Notes under the pieces: generated by a model
Database searches by the model: none
The model's input: only the letters and a program-made list of their open reading frames with translations
What the model was told of the DNA's origin: nothing
In this document: positions 22,525 to 35,589 of the stretch, piece by piece
Layout of the letters: every line of letters begins with the position of its first letter
Numbering within the stretch: the stretch's first letter is position 1
Translations under genes and position numbers: made by a program
Assembly: GCF_004010195.1 (NCBI RefSeq)
Contig: NC_057718.1
Coordinates: 525,568 to 569,011, forward strand
Source: Chiloscyllium plagiosum
Taxonomy: Eukaryota
Direction of reading: 5' to 3'
Length of the DNA: 43,444 nucleotides

Positions 22525-22671
22525 GTACGTATCCCTTTGTCAGGAATGTGATGAAGACAATGTTTTGCATTCTCACTGAGGACTGGGTTCCACACACACT
22601 CATCTCACTGGGGTTCAGTTCTGTCCTGATCTGGTTCTGATTCTGGTCTTGCCTCTCATTACTTGACACAG

Positions 22672-22800
22672 ATATCCTTGGAATTCCGCTTACTGGCCAA
22701 GGTTTACCAGGATGTGATTGCAAATATCTGCCACAAGATGGGAGCTGGCATGGCTGAGTTTTTAGGCAAAAAGGTTGGATCCATCAAGGAATGGGACATG
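22672..22800 (+). CDS. FDFT1: Squalene synthase coding exon 4
   Basis: ISLEFRLLAKVYQDVIANICHKMGAGMAEFL...EWDM|gtaaga, 129 nt. Confidence 0.97.
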
Positions 22801-23293
22801 GTAAGAAGGAACAGTCTGGCTGTTAGTGGTGCTGTGTGGCGTGGATCAGACTTTGTGGGGCGTTGAGAATCAGGGATGATTGATTGGGGTGGTCTGACCT
22901 TGTGGTGAAGTTTGTGTTTAGGGACAGTCTGGTGAGCTCTCAGTTAGACCACAGATATGCATGTTGACCTTAAGTTGGTAGTTGCTTAGTTATTAAGGGA
23001 ATTGAGGGACATGGACATAGTGCAGGAAGGGGAAAGTGAATTGAAGTCGAAGATCAGTCTTGGTTTTATTATATGGCAGAGCAAGCTCAAAGGACCTAAT
23101 TGCCTACTTCTCCTGTTTTATCAATTCTGAGTTACTTTGGTTTGCTCCTTGGGATGGTTGACTGTTGCAGAACGCTGGAGGAATTTAAATTAGAGAATGA
23201 CAGAAGCATGGGGATATAGCAGAGTTATGTAATTGTGCACTGGCCAGTGGTGGTGATACCTCATTGTTATCCCTTCCATGCTTCTGCTTTCAG

Positions 23294-23485
23294 TACTGTC
23301 ACTATGTGGCGGGACTTGTGGGAATCGGCTTGTCCCGTCTGTTCTCAGCCTCTGAGCTTGAGGATCCAGTTGTCGGGAAGGACACTGAGCTGGCCAATTC
23401 CATGGGGCTGTTCCTGCAGAAAACCAACATCATTCGGGATTACCTGGAAGACCAGCAGGAAGGTCGGGAGTTCTGGCCACAGGAG
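23294..23485 (+). CDS. FDFT1: Squalene synthase coding exon 5
   Basis: [17 protein letters not shown]...[17 protein letters not shown]...FWPQE|gtaagt, 192 nt; squalene/phytoene synthase signatures. Confidence 0.98.
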
Positions 23486-23860
23486 GTAAGTGTGGCCTCT
23501 GTCAGCTGGAGGGTAGGGATGATTTGGAGATTGCTTTTACAAGATGTGACGATAAAGCTAGTTCAATTCAAATTTAACTCATTTCAGTTCAACATTCTCA
23601 CAGTTCCCCCAACTATTTAGTCTTTCTTACAGACAGAGCTACCTAAACCTGGTCAGCATACCTCCCGCCGCCACCACAAACCTCCAAACCACCTTTTAAC
23701 AACCACTTCTTCCCACATCTGTTTCAAAATTGTTGCTGTACCTTGCTTCCCCCCGTGGTTTTTGCCTTGATTTTTCATGTCCTTATAACTTAATTTATCA
23801 TTTTGTTTGGGCAGAGTGATACTGGTAACTGTGGAATGTTGTTGGTCTTGTGTGTTTCAG

Positions 23861-24037
23861 GTGTGGAGTAAGTATGCAGAGAAACTGTCTGACTTTACCA
23901 AACCCCCGAACATTCAGGCAGCACTGCAGTGCTTGAACGAGCTGATTACGAATGCTCTGCAACATGTCCCAGATGTTATCAAGTATTTATCCAGGCTTCA
24001 CAATCAGAGTGTCTTCAACTTCTGTGCTATTCCACAG
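23861..24037 (+). CDS. FDFT1: Squalene synthase coding exon 6
   Basis: VWSKYAEKL...SVFNFCAIPQ|gtaggt, 177 nt. Confidence 0.97.
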
Positions 24038-24169
24038 GTAGGTGTTTCCCCCATCAAATATAGTGGAGAGAATTTTATCGGGGGGGGGGGATTGACCTGA
24101 TTCTGTCCATGTGGTCAGTTTCTGCTATCCCCATTCTGTATGTGTCTCACACTTTGGCCCTTATTTCAG

Positions 24170-24322
24170 GTGATGGCGATAGCCACTCTGGCTGCTTGTT
24201 ATAACAACCCACAGGTTTTCCGTGGTGTGGTGAAGATCCGGAAAGGCCAGGCTGTCACCCTGATGCTGGAGGCAACTAACATGGAAGCTGTGAAAGGGAT
24301 GATTCGACAGTATACCCAAATG
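24170..24322 (+). CDS. FDFT1: Squalene synthase coding exon 7
   Basis: VMAIATLAACYNNPQVFRGVVKIRKGQAVTLM...YTQM|gtgaga, 153 nt. Confidence 0.97.
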
Positions 24323-24654
24323 GTGAGAATCTGACCGAACACTCTGGGATCAAACCGGAGGGATACAGTCGGAGGAATGTCACTGAATATCTCACTGGGA
24401 TCAGGACTATGGAAAGAATCTTACTGAATACATCTTTGGCGAGAACAGAGGGGGCCATACAAACTAAATTTAAAAAGAACTGTGGATGCTGTGGATCTGT
24501 AACAAAAACAGAAATTGCTGGAGAAACACAGCAGGTCTGCAATACTTGTGGGAAGAAAGCAGTTAATGTTTTGAGTACAGTGACTCTTCATCAGAACACA
24601 GGGCTCATTCACCTGGGTAGGATTAAGAGGTGACTTAATTGAAACATACAAGGT

Positions 24655-26566
24655 CTTTGGTTTATGAAAGAAGTTGAATCTCTTGTAAAGAGGAAGAAGA
24701 AGGCTGATATAAAGATGAGATGTGAAGGCTAGTTAGGGCATTTGAATGTTACAAATTAGTCAGGAAGGACCGAAAGAGGGAGCTAAGAAGAGCTAAGAGG
24801 GTACATGAGAATTCTTTGACAGGTAGAATCAAGGAAAACCAAAAGCGTTCATAGGTATATCAGGAATAAAAGAATGACTAGAGTAAAGTTAGGACCTGTC
24901 AAGAAGTTGTGTGTAGAGTCTGAAGAGATAGGAGAGGCGGTAACTGAATATTTTTTGTCAGTATTCACACTGGAAAAAAACAGTGTTGTCAAGAAGAATA
25001 CTGAGATACAGGCTATTAGATTAGATGGGATTGAGGTTCACAAGGAGGAGGTGTTAGCAATTCTGGAAAGTGTTCCCTGGGCCGGATGGGATTTATCCTA
25101 GGATTCTCTGGGAAGCCAGGGAGGAGATTGCAGAGCCTTTGGCTTTGATCTTTATATCGTCACTGTTGACAGGAATAATGCCAGAAGACTGGAGGATAGC
25201 AAATGTTGTCCCCTTGTTCAAGAAGGGGAGTAGACACACCCTGGTAATTATAGACCAGTGAGCCTTACTTCGGTTGTGGGTAAAGTGTTGGGAAGGATTA
25301 TAAGAGACAGGATTTGTAATCATCTAGAGAGGAATAAGTTGATTAGAGATAGTTGACATGACTTTGTGAAGGATGGGTTGTACCTCAAACATTATTGAGT
25401 TCTTTGAGAAGGTAACTAAACAGGTGGATGAGGGAAAATCAGTTGGTGTGGTGTATATGGATTTCAGTAAAGTGTTTGATAAGGTTCCCCACGGGGGTAG
25501 GCTATTGCACAAAATATGGAGGCATGAGATTGAGGGTGATTTACAGGTTTGACTGGCTGAAAGAAGACAGAGGGTGGTGGTTGATGGGAAATGTTCAGTT
25601 ACTAGTGGGGTACAACAAGGACCTGTTTTGGGGCCACTGCTGTTTGTCATTTTTATACATGACCTGGATGAGGGCGTTGAAGGATGGATTAGTAAATTTA
25701 CGGATGACACTAAGGTCGGTGGAGTTGTGGACTGTGCAGGTTACAGAGGGTCAGAGATAAGCTGCAGAGCTGGGCTTAGAGGTGGCAGATGGAGTTTAAT
25801 ACAGAAAAGTGTGCGGTGATTCACTTTGGAAGGAGTAACAGGAATGCAGAGTCCTGGGCTCATGGTAAGATTCTTGGTAGTGTAGATGAGCAGAGAGATC
25901 TCTGTGTCCATGTACATAGATCCCTGGAAGTTGTCACCCAGGTTGATAGGGCTTTTAAGAAGGCGTACGGTGTGTTAGCTTTTATTAGTGGTGGGATTGA
26001 GTTTCAGAGCCATGAGGTCATGCTACAGCTGTACAAAACTCTGGTGCAGCCGCACTTGGAGTATTGTGTACGGTTCTAGTTACCACATTATAGGAAGCAT
26101 GTGGAAGCATTGGAAAGGGTGCAGAGGAGATTTATCCCAGGATGTTGCTTAATAAGGAGGGAAGGTCTTACGAGGAAAGTCTGAGGGACTTAAGGCTGTT
26201 TTCATTAGACAGAAGAAGTTTAAGAGGTGACTTAATAGAGACATACAAGATAATAAGAGGGTTAGATAGGGTGGATAGTGAGAGCCTTTTTCCTAAAATG
26301 GTAATGGCTAGCACGAGGGGACATAGCTTTAAATTGAGGGCTGATAGATATAAGATAGATGTTAGAGGTTGGTTCTTTACTCAGAGAGTAGTAAGGATGT
26401 GGAATGTGCTGCCTGCAACAGTAGTAGACTCGCCAACTTTAAGGGAATTTAAATGGTCATTGGATAAATGTATGGATGGTAATGGAATAGTATAGGTTAG
26501 ATGGGCTTCAGATTGGTTTCACAGGTCGAAGGGCCTGTACTGCGCTGTAATGTTCTGTGTTCTATG
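24655..26566 (+). mobile_element. 5'-truncated CR1-like LINE (RT), decayed, in FDFT1 intron 7
   Basis: PGPDGIYPRILWEA...[30 protein letters not shown]...KFTDDTK, LYKTLVQPHLEYC; tgttctgtgttctatg tail; splits an older CR1 fragment. Confidence 0.92.
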
Positions 26567-26649
26567 AAGGATCTTGACAGGGTGGATGTGGAGAGAATGT
26601 TTCCTTTTGTGCTGGGATCTGGACCAATGGTTCACTGTTTAAAATTCTT

Positions 26650-27140
26650 TTAAGGATGATGAGAGGCTTAGAAGGGAGCTTACAGGTCGTGGTTTTCCCA
26701 TGTATCTTCCACCATTATTAAGGACCTTAGGTGAATTTCTGCTGTGCATCTTGTAGATGTTAGTCGCTATTGCTACTGAGTGTCCGTGGTGGAGGGAGGG
26801 AGTATTTGTCAATATACTGTTAATCAAGTGGCCTGGAATATGTCAGTCGTCGGCACTCATCCAGGCAAGGGGGGAGCATTTCAGCACATCCTAATTTGTG
26901 CCTTCACATTGGTGAATAGGCTTTGGGGAGTCAAGAGGTGAGTTACTCTCTGCAGTGTTCCAAGCCTCTGACCTGCTCTTGTTGCCACTGTATTTAAATG
27001 GCTAGTCCAGTTGAGTTTCTGGTCACTGACAATCTCAAGGATGTTTGATAGTGGGAGATTATAATCCATTGAATGTCAAGGGGTGGTGGTTGAATGGTCT
27101 GTCATTAGACACGATCATTGCCTGGCATTTGTGTAGAGCA
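26650..27140 (-). mobile_element. Old LINE 3' fragment
   Basis: DQKLNWTSHLNTVATRAGQRLGTLQRVTHLLTPQSLFT; same family as 35590-38780. Confidence 0.7.
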
Positions 27141-27769
27141 AATGATACTTGTCACTCGTCAAGCCTAACACGTCCTTCCTAACTGTGGGGCCCAGAATCA
27201 GCTGAGGCGAAAACAACCTTTTGGAAAGGCTCATTAGATTCATTCCTTTTGTAATATTTGTTTTTTTTTGTATAAAAGCAGAAAGTGGGAATCTGAAATA
27301 ATAACACACAATGCTGGAAATAAAGTGTGAATCTGGTCAGATCTGTGGAGAGAAACAGAGTTAATGTTTCAGGTCAATAACTTTTCATCAGAAGTGGGAG
27401 AAGTCATGTTTTGAGCGAGGAGTAATTCCAGCATTTTCTATTCATAAAGCCCAGATCCCTATATTATCCACGTACTCAGCATGCCCTGTTATCTTCAGTT
27501 ATTTGTGAGCATATACATACAATTGTTTCTGCTGGTGTACCTCCTTTGGAATTATTCCCTTCGGTTTACATTGTGTCTCAACTTCTTCCCAAAATGAATC
27601 ACTTCACATTTCTCTGCAGTAAATTTCACCTTCCATTCTAACAGCCTATCGTCCTGATGAAGTCAGCACATCCGTGTTCTGTATCACTGCAGATTTTTCA
27701 ATTGTATCCAGTGCACCCATTGACGTGTGGGTCCTCACACTTGTCTCTCCCTTTCTATCTCATTTCTAG

Positions 27770-27985
27770 ATTGGACAGAAAGTTCCAGGTGCGGGGAGCT
27801 CTGGAGCCAGAACACAGCAGATTGTGGTAAAAGTGGAGTCCCTGAGCCAGAGTGATGGGGAGCTGATGTCTCGTGGTCACCTTTCACCTATTTACCTGTC
27901 CTTAGCCGTGTTCTTGGCTGCAGTTAGTTGGCAATACTGGCAGACCCTGACTCACACCTCAGAGGAGTATGTGCATGGGCACTGA
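27770..27985 (+). CDS. FDFT1: Squalene synthase coding exon 8 (terminal)
   Basis: catttctag|IGQKVP...LMSRGHLSPIYLSLAVFLAAVSWQYWQTLTHTSEEYVHGH-TGA; hydrophobic C-terminal anchor; exons sum to 1242 nt (413 aa + stop). Confidence 0.95.
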   Translation: MGQKVPGAGSSGARTQQIVVKVESLSQSDGELMSRGHLSPIYLSLAVFLAAVSWQYWQTLTHTSEEYVHGH

Positions 27986-28355
27986 GCAGCTTTTCCTCGG
28001 TTTTAATCTCTTGCTAATTTTTATTCTACAATGAGAAGAGGAACAGGAGAGTTTTCTGACTTGTTACTCACTCCAGGAGAAAGCTCGGCTGTGAGGCTGA
28101 AGAGAGGTATTCATTCTCAGTAGGTTCATGCAGTAAAGCTTCACTTCTAGACTGCAAGTGGGCAGCAGCAGCACATACCCCACCAGATGCTAGGGCCAGG
28201 CACACAGTTTAAATGAGCACATTGGTAAAGGGAGAACATAAAGAATTCTTCAACTGCCACCAAGCCTCTGATGGGACGAGTTTACACACTCAGTTGGAGC
28301 ACACTGATGCATGCCTAGCTCTCAGCCATTTAATTGGAGCCTCAAAACCGATCCT

Positions 28356-28600
28356 GGGAGTGTTTGATGGTGATATTGGAGAGGGAACTTTACTTTGTAT
28401 CTAACCCGTGCTGCCCCTGTCCTGGGAGTGGTTGGTGGAGACAGTTTGGAGGGAGCTTTACTCTATATCTAAACCTATGGTGCACCTGGCCTGGGAGTGT
28501 TTGATGAGGACAGTGTAGAGGAAGCTTTACTTTCAGTTGAGTAGAGTAGAACGAGCTTTACTCTGTATCTAACCCTATGCTATACGTGTCCTGGGAGGGT
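28356..28600 (+). repeat. Degenerate ~68-bp tandem repeat in probable FDFT1 3' UTR
   Basis: gggagtgtttgatg...ctttactctgtatctaaccc...gtcct units at 28356, 28424, 28493. Confidence 0.8.
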
Positions 28601-28820
28601 CAGAGTTGGTGTCTCTGCTCCCTCCACAATGTGAAAGTCGTTGTTGTGTGGGACCATGCATAACCTCTCGCTCCACTGTCCAAGTGTCACCTCTTCCCCC
28701 ACCCCACCCCACCCCTTGGTGTTTGTGAGGGGCCCCAACACGTGAGCAAGGAAAGCTACCGTTTCTGGTGTTGGTCCTTTGTCATTCCCTTGTTATCATC
28801 AGATTGCTTGTTGATAATTC

Positions 28821-28826
28821 AATAAA
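28821..28826 (+). other. Candidate FDFT1 polyadenylation signal
   Basis: First AATAAA I found after the stop codon, followed by GT-rich sequence. Confidence 0.6.
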
Positions 28827-29948
28827 TGAATACAAATGTCTGTTTCAGGAACTGTCCTTCATTTGTACAGAGTGTGTTTGGCATCGATCCTCTGAGGCTG
28901 CTTTCAAAGGTGGTAATGTTAACTCACTGGACTAGCAAAGCAGATACCTGGGGTTTTGGTGACATTTACAACACTGAAGGAGATTATTTGGCCCATCATG
29001 TCCTTATTGGTCAACAAAGTTGAGACAAAACTATTGTCATTTTCCAGCTTTTGGCCTGTAGCCGAGGAGGCTGGAACCTTCGAATCTAAACACTAATTAA
29101 ATGTTATAAGAGTTTGTTGCATAGTACCTGTTTTCAGGCAGTGAGCTCCAGAGTCTCTCCACTCTGTCGGTGAACACGTTTCTCGTCAATACCCCTTTTG
29201 ACCTTCTACCTCATACCCAAACCTATCCCCTTTGTTATTGATTTATCTAAGAATGGAAAAGAGTGCCTTCCTAGCCATTGTGTCTATGCCCATTATTATC
29301 TTACACACTTCCATCAGGCCCCTATCAACTTGCACTCCTCCAAGGAAAACAACCCAAACTGATCTGATCTTTCCTCCTATCTCAGACTGTCCAGCCCAGG
29401 CAGAATCCTGGTACATTTCCTCTGCACTCTCTCACTTATAACCTTCCAACAATATGATCAGAACAGCACTTAATACTCCAGTTGTGGCTTAACCAGAGTT
29501 TTATACAGTTCCAGCATAAACCCCTTGGCTTAGGCGGTCAGTTAGCTGGATTAAATTCTCACTCCAGTTGAGGTCATCATGAAGGTCTGTCTTATTAATC
29601 TTGCCTAGGGCACAGTGTCCCTAAAGTTAAACTCACCACCAGTCCTCTCTGTTTAATGAGAGAGTAGCGCCATGTTTTCTCGGAGTTTACTGTGCTGACT
29701 ATCCCGGATTCATTTGTGCCTCTCCCAAATGCAGCTTTAGTCTGTCCCTCAGAGTTTTTTTCTAATAACTTCCTTCCCAACAAAGTTAGACTGCTGGCCT
29801 TTAACTCCTCCCTCTATCCTTTTGTCCCTTTCTTTAATAATGAGACAACTCAGCAGGCCTTTGGCACCTCATGTGTGACCACAGAGGATGTTCTAGGGAT
29901 GGTAGTTCAAATCTCACTGTGACAGCTGGTGGTGTTTAAATTGAATTA

Positions 29949-30160
29949 GAGCTGAAAATGTGTTGCTGGAAAAGCGCAGCAGGTCAGGCAGCATCCAAGG
30001 AGCAGGAGAATCGACGTTTCGGGCATGAGCCCTTCTTCAGGAACGGCTCATGCCCGAAACGTCGATTCTCCTGTTCCCTGGATGCTGCCTGACCTGCTGC
30101 GCTTTTCCAGCAACACATTTTCAGCTCTGATCTCCAGCATCTGCAGACCTCACTTTCTCC
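29949..30160. mobile_element. 212-bp palindromic Penelope-terminus insertion with 14-bp TSD
   Basis: TTTAAATTGAATTA at 29935-29948 and 30161-30174; inverted arms 29948-30031 and 30045-30128. Confidence 0.85.
30009..30044 (-). ncRNA. Minimal hammerhead ribozyme, family A, intact core
   Basis: Minus strand ttc-CTGAAGA-a-GGGC-tcat-GCCC-GAAA-C-GTC-gatt. Confidence 0.72.
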
Positions 30161-30409
30161 TTTAAATTGAATTAATCAATCTGGAATATTAAAGATAGTC
30201 ATAGCAACAGTGAACATGACAATTATCTGCAATTTTTTTTTTAAAAATCCATCTGGTTGAGTAATATCTTTTAGGAAAGTAAATCAGTCATCTTTACCTG
30301 GTCTGGCCAGTGTGTAACTCCAGACTCCTACAGCAGTGTGATCAATTCTAAACTGCTCAGACCCTCTGCAATGGCCTAACAAGCCACTGAAGGGCAACTG
30401 AGGACGGAC

Positions 30410-30545
30410 AATGAATGATGATCACTGACACCCATATCTCAATGAATGATGATCACTGACACCCATATCTCAATGAATGATGATCACTGACACCCATATC
30501 TTAATGAATGATGATCACTGACACCCATATTTTAATGAATGAATA
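30410..30545. repeat. 31-bp tandem repeat x4
   Basis: aatgaatgatgatcactgacacccatatctc. Confidence 0.9.
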
Positions 30546-31227
30546 ATAAAGTTGAGATGCTTAATATTTAACCTGATGTATTTGATGGGATGAATAGTGG
30601 GGCTAACCGCTGAACATTTCCACAAGGATGCTGTGTACAGGGAGGGTGTCAGTTGCACGGAGCTTCATGGATTGCACACATCATAAAGAGAAAACAAAAA
30701 AAATCTGAAAGCAGAAAGAGGAAGTAACAAACATAAATGGGATCTGAAACACAGCAGGCGTGAACATCAACCACTGTGTTGTACAGCTCACTCTGCTGAT
30801 CAAGTACTTCCTCACACACCAGTTTTTTTCCCCTTTTAATATTCAATCACAGGACGAGGGCATCACTGGTGAGGCCAGCATTTATTACCCAGAGAGCAGT
30901 TAAGAGTCAACTACATTGCTATGGATCTGGAGTCATATGTAGGCCAGACCAGGTAAGGATGGCATTAGTGACCCAGCTGGATTTTTTCCAGCAATTGACA
31001 GTGGTTTCATGCTTATCAGTAGATTCTTAATTGCAGACTTTTATTGAACTTCAAACTTCACCTGCCATGATAGGATTGGAACCCAGGTCCCCAGCACAAT
31101 ACCTACATTTCTGTATTAATAGTTAAGTGATTATACCACTTGGTCAACACCTACTCACATGTTGTGCTCTGAAAATTTTCAACCTGTCCTTCCATATTCA
31201 CAAAATATATCTTCTCGGCTGCTAGTA

Positions 31228-31557
31228 TTTAGAACATAGAACGTAGAAAAATACAGCGCAGTACAAGCCCTTCGGCCCTCGATGTTGCACCGATCCAAGC
31301 CCACCTAACCTATACTAGCCCACTATCCTCCATATGCCTATCCAATGCCTGCTTAAATGCCCATAATGAGGGAGAGTCCACCACTGCTACTGGCAGGGCA
31401 TTCCATGAACTCACGACTCGCTGAGTAAAGAACCTACCCCTAACATCTGTCCTATACCTACCCCCCCTTAATTTAAAGCTATGCCCCCTTGTAATAGCTG
31501 ACTCCATACGTGTAAAAAGATTCTCACTGTCGACCCTATCTAAACCCCTAATCATCT
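31228..31557 (-). mobile_element. CR1-like LINE 3' fragment
   Basis: MIRGLDRVDSENLF...RGRFFTQRVVSSWNALP; tail ttctatgttcta. Confidence 0.88.
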
Positions 31558-31606
31558 TTACAGCACCATTTTTAAAAAAAAATCATTTCAAGGATTTCAG
31601 ATAAAA

Positions 31607-31612
31607 TTTATT
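31607..31612 (-). other. Candidate CTSB polyadenylation signal
   Basis: AATAAA on minus strand ~370 nt after the CTSB stop. Confidence 0.55.
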
Positions 31613-31979
31613 TTCAGCTTGTGGAAAGTAGTGTGTTAGTGTAATAACAGTTTTCCATGCTTCCAAAAGTATCATCATCTGATCAGGGGAGACAAAGGGT
31701 GAAAGAAGCAAGTGTTACATGAGAGATTCTCACAGCCAACAGCTGGTTACTGTGACAGATTAAAGAAAGCTTGTTAAATCAAGAATGTTGCACATGATTG
31801 AAATGAGATTTTGTGCGTTAGGTGTCGATACTCTGAGGACTGTGCACGTTCACTTTATCAGGTATTGGTGCCGAGCACTCCATGGGAGTCCTGTGCAACC
31901 TCCCAGTATATTACTGACGGATTGTGTGCAGGGCTTGGAACCTCACCACTGGATTTATCACCTCATTGGTACTCGTTCT

Positions 31980-32072
<93 letters not shown>

Positions 32073-32167
32073 TCATTGATTAAAGTGGGTTTAGAATGAA
32101 TGAACTAAGTATCAGGCAAAATTGACTCTTGACGTGGAGGGGTCTCCCCACCATCCTTTAAAGTTCA

Positions 32168-32314
<147 letters not shown>

Positions 32315-32876
32315 TTAGCAATGAAGTAAAGTACAGAACAAGGCCACAGCCCGTGGTATAACTGATGTAATTCAGCTTATAAGGAGGTCCAACCAGAGCA
32401 TCGGTTACTTTCTCTTTACCCAAAATAGGTGGTGTAGTGAACAGTGAAGATTATTCCAAAACCCAATGGGCCGAAGAGTGGCAGGTGGAGTTTATATTAG
32501 ATAAAGGTGGTAAGCATTTTGGTGAGGAAAGTCAAGGCAGGACTTATACAATTAATGGTAATGCCCTGGGGAGTATCACTGAACAAAGAGACAGAGGGTT
32601 ACAGATGCATAGTTCCTGAAAATGGAGTTGAAGGTAGACAGTGTGGTGAAGCCATTTGGAATGCTTGCCTTCATTGATCAGAATTAGGATGTCACGCAGC
32701 TGTACAGGACATTGATGAGGCCACTTTTAGAATACTGCATTCAATTCTGGTTGCCCTTCTATCGGATGTTATTAGGTTGCAGAAAAGATTTACAAGGCTA
32801 TTGCCAGGACAAAGGGTCTGTTTCTGTGCTGTGTGACTCTGACTGTATAATATTGAGTATTGAGGCAAGGTCCTAC

Positions 32877-32993
32877 CTGATTTGTAGTGCAGGAAGTCAG
32901 CATAGACTATGAGGGCAGCCTCCACCGGCCCATTCTTGTAGATTTCTGTCATAATCTCAGTGACATCTGAACTGACGCCATATGAATTAAGAC
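32877..32993 (-). CDS. CTSB: Cathepsin B exon
   Basis: [39 protein letters not shown]|gtagga, 117 nt. Confidence 0.97.
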
Positions 32994-33129
32994 CTAGCAA
33001 AGAGAGAATGCTTAATTAACCTAATCTCTTAGCAGACACCCCTCCATAATGAACACATACAAACTACAGCCAGTGAGGTACTTATCCTGGTATAGCTGCT
33101 GTTTCTGTGCCTGTTCTGTCTTTACTTAC

Positions 33130-33273
33130 CGTAGTGTTTGTCACTACTGTACTCTGGGGTGTAACCGGCCTCACATCGCTTAGAGCATTTGGGAGTTTCA
33201 ATCTCTCCAGTACATTTTGGACGAGAGCCATTAACGTGGTGTTCACAGGGGGGGATCGAGTATGGACGGCAAC
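33130..33273 (-). CDS. CTSB: Cathepsin B exon (occluding loop)
   Basis: [29 protein letters not shown]...DKHYG|gtaagt, 144 nt; the HH pair is diagnostic for cathepsin B. Confidence 0.97.
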
Positions 33274-33833
33274 CTAGAGAGAGGGTGGAAATCAACATTG
33301 AAAACCAGGAGCTTTCATCCAGACCTTCACCCATCCTCAAACCTCCATACTGATCTCGCCACAGAAACTTGACACAATGACCTGCAGATAACCCCAGCTA
33401 CTAATTAATGTCTTAACTCTTAAAAACTACCCAACGCCTCCCCTCAGACAGTGATCCACACCCAGCCACAGATATTGATCCATGATTAAGCAACACACCC
33501 ATTGCCTAAACTTAATCTGGAATTTTGTATAAAAACAGTTGGCTTGTTATAAAAACCATCTGGTTCACTAATGTTGTTGAGAGAAAGAAATCTGCAATCA
33601 TAGAATCATACAGTACAGAAGAGGCCCTTCAGACTATTAATTCTGTACTAAATCCAAATCTAGTCCCACTTTCTGGCAGTTGACCCATAGCCTTGCCTGT
33701 TCTTACCAGATCTGGCCTTGGTGCCACTCCAGACCCATACGGATTCTTAACTGCCTTCTGAAGTAGCCCTAACAAGTTGCTCAGTTCAAAAAATAATTAG
33801 ATATGGGCAATAAATGCAGGCCCAGGTACTGAC

Positions 33834-33919
33834 CTACATTTGAATGGTAAAGTCCTCCTGACACTAGACCATCTTCAGTCCAGAATTCCCAAGCTCCAGA
33901 CGGATAGCCACCATTACAA
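33834..33919 (-). CDS. CTSB: Cathepsin B exon
   Basis: [29 protein letters not shown]|gtcagt, 86 nt. Confidence 0.97.
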
Positions 33920-35589
33920 CTGGGGAAGAGTAAACCAAATTTAGGTAACAAGAGTTTGTGTTTACATTGATATTTTACACTGTTCATGGCATAAAGTCAA
34001 AAATCACACGACATTGGGTTATAATCCATCAGGTTTATTTGAAACTACATACTTTCGGAGGCCCCATTCCTTCCTCAGGCAGCTAGTGAGGGAATACATC
34101 GCACACAGAATTTATATCAAAAGATCAAAGAGTCATACAATTTATGTAAATGTAGTGAACAAACCTAGATAGCTATTAAGTCTTTAGTCAGTTAGTAAAA
34201 CACGACTGTTTGCTGACTTCCAGAAGCATGCACAGTAGCAATGAAATCTCAGAAATAAAGAATGATAAGAACCTAATAACCCTTAAAACTTTAAAAAAGA
34301 AAATCTTGAGTTAATTTAATATTTAAAAAATCTGGTTTGTATTATGAATATGCACTGACAAAAATCAGGTGAGCTTGTGCAGTCAGAATTCTTCATCAGA
34401 TAGTTGATGTCAGCAAACACTTTCGTAAAATATCTTAAAGGTGCTTCACAGAAGTGTTAAAAAACAAAGACATGAGACATTAGGACACAACCAAGTTTGA
34501 GGTAACTGTCAAAAGGTGGAGCTAAGGGTGTGGGTTGGACAGAGGAACAAAAACTGGCAAGTCCAGGATTGCCAGTCAGTCAGTTAAAACTTGAATTGGG
34601 AGAGAATTTCAGGGCCAGACAGAAGGCCTTCTGACATGACAGAAGTGCACAAAAACAGCAAACTTATAGAAAGCGTGAAAAAAGACAATAAGAGGCAGTG
34701 AACGGACAGGTGAAAACATGATGGAAATCACCAAGGATGAGAATTCACTCAGTGCAGGGCTGAGGGAGAAAAGCCGTGATGATGGGGAGAAAATTTGCAA
34801 AAATAAACACTGGATTTATTTGTTCATAGGATGTGTGTCATTAGCAAAAATCAATATTTGATGCCCTTTAATTGACCTCGAAAGGCAGATTTGGTGTTGC
34901 CTTTTGAAAAGCCGGAATCAAAGTGGCGTCAATACATCCATAGTTTTAAAAGGAGAAACAAGGGTGGAATCAAGATGAGATGCACAAAGGAAAAGGTGCC
35001 AGAGGAGTTGCAGATGATGAGGGTGAAGGACATTAAACATGTAAGGGACAGGAGGTTTTTAAACACAACATAATGGGAATCTGGTTCTCGGTGCCTGTCA
35101 GCATGGTGGAGGGAGAAACTCTCATCACATTGAAATATTTAATTATACACTTAGCCTTGCGTACCAAGGCATCCTAAGGACCAAGTGCTGGAAAATAGGT
35201 GGTTGTTTTTGATTGGTGTAGATTGTCAATCTTTATTACTTAATGACATCACAACATTTAGACCTCGAATCAGTGAGGAAGTAAATTGGCCTGGGATGAA
35301 CCACTTCAATATATCCACCCAAAATACTGCTGTGTTATATAGAGATTGCAGAGTTAGGGGAGTGAACTGACCCTGAGAACAGGAGATATGAATTTGAGGC
35401 ATGATGGGTGGACTCTCTTACTGGTTTCTCTCCACTTCTCTGGGGTGTAAGGCTCTGATATGACACTCTTAATTCTCTTCTTACTGGGCAAAGATAGACA
35501 ACTAAAGAAAACTATTCAACTTGCTGGAAAGCTTACATCAAATTGGGCTGAATGACCTGTTTCCATAAAACAACTACTGCAAATCCTGG

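Noticed and set aside
24655..26566. Active CR1 LINE
   Set aside because: 5'-truncated with multiple stops and frameshifts.
27653..27680. CTGATGA as another hammerhead
   Set aside because: No stem II or GAAA follows.
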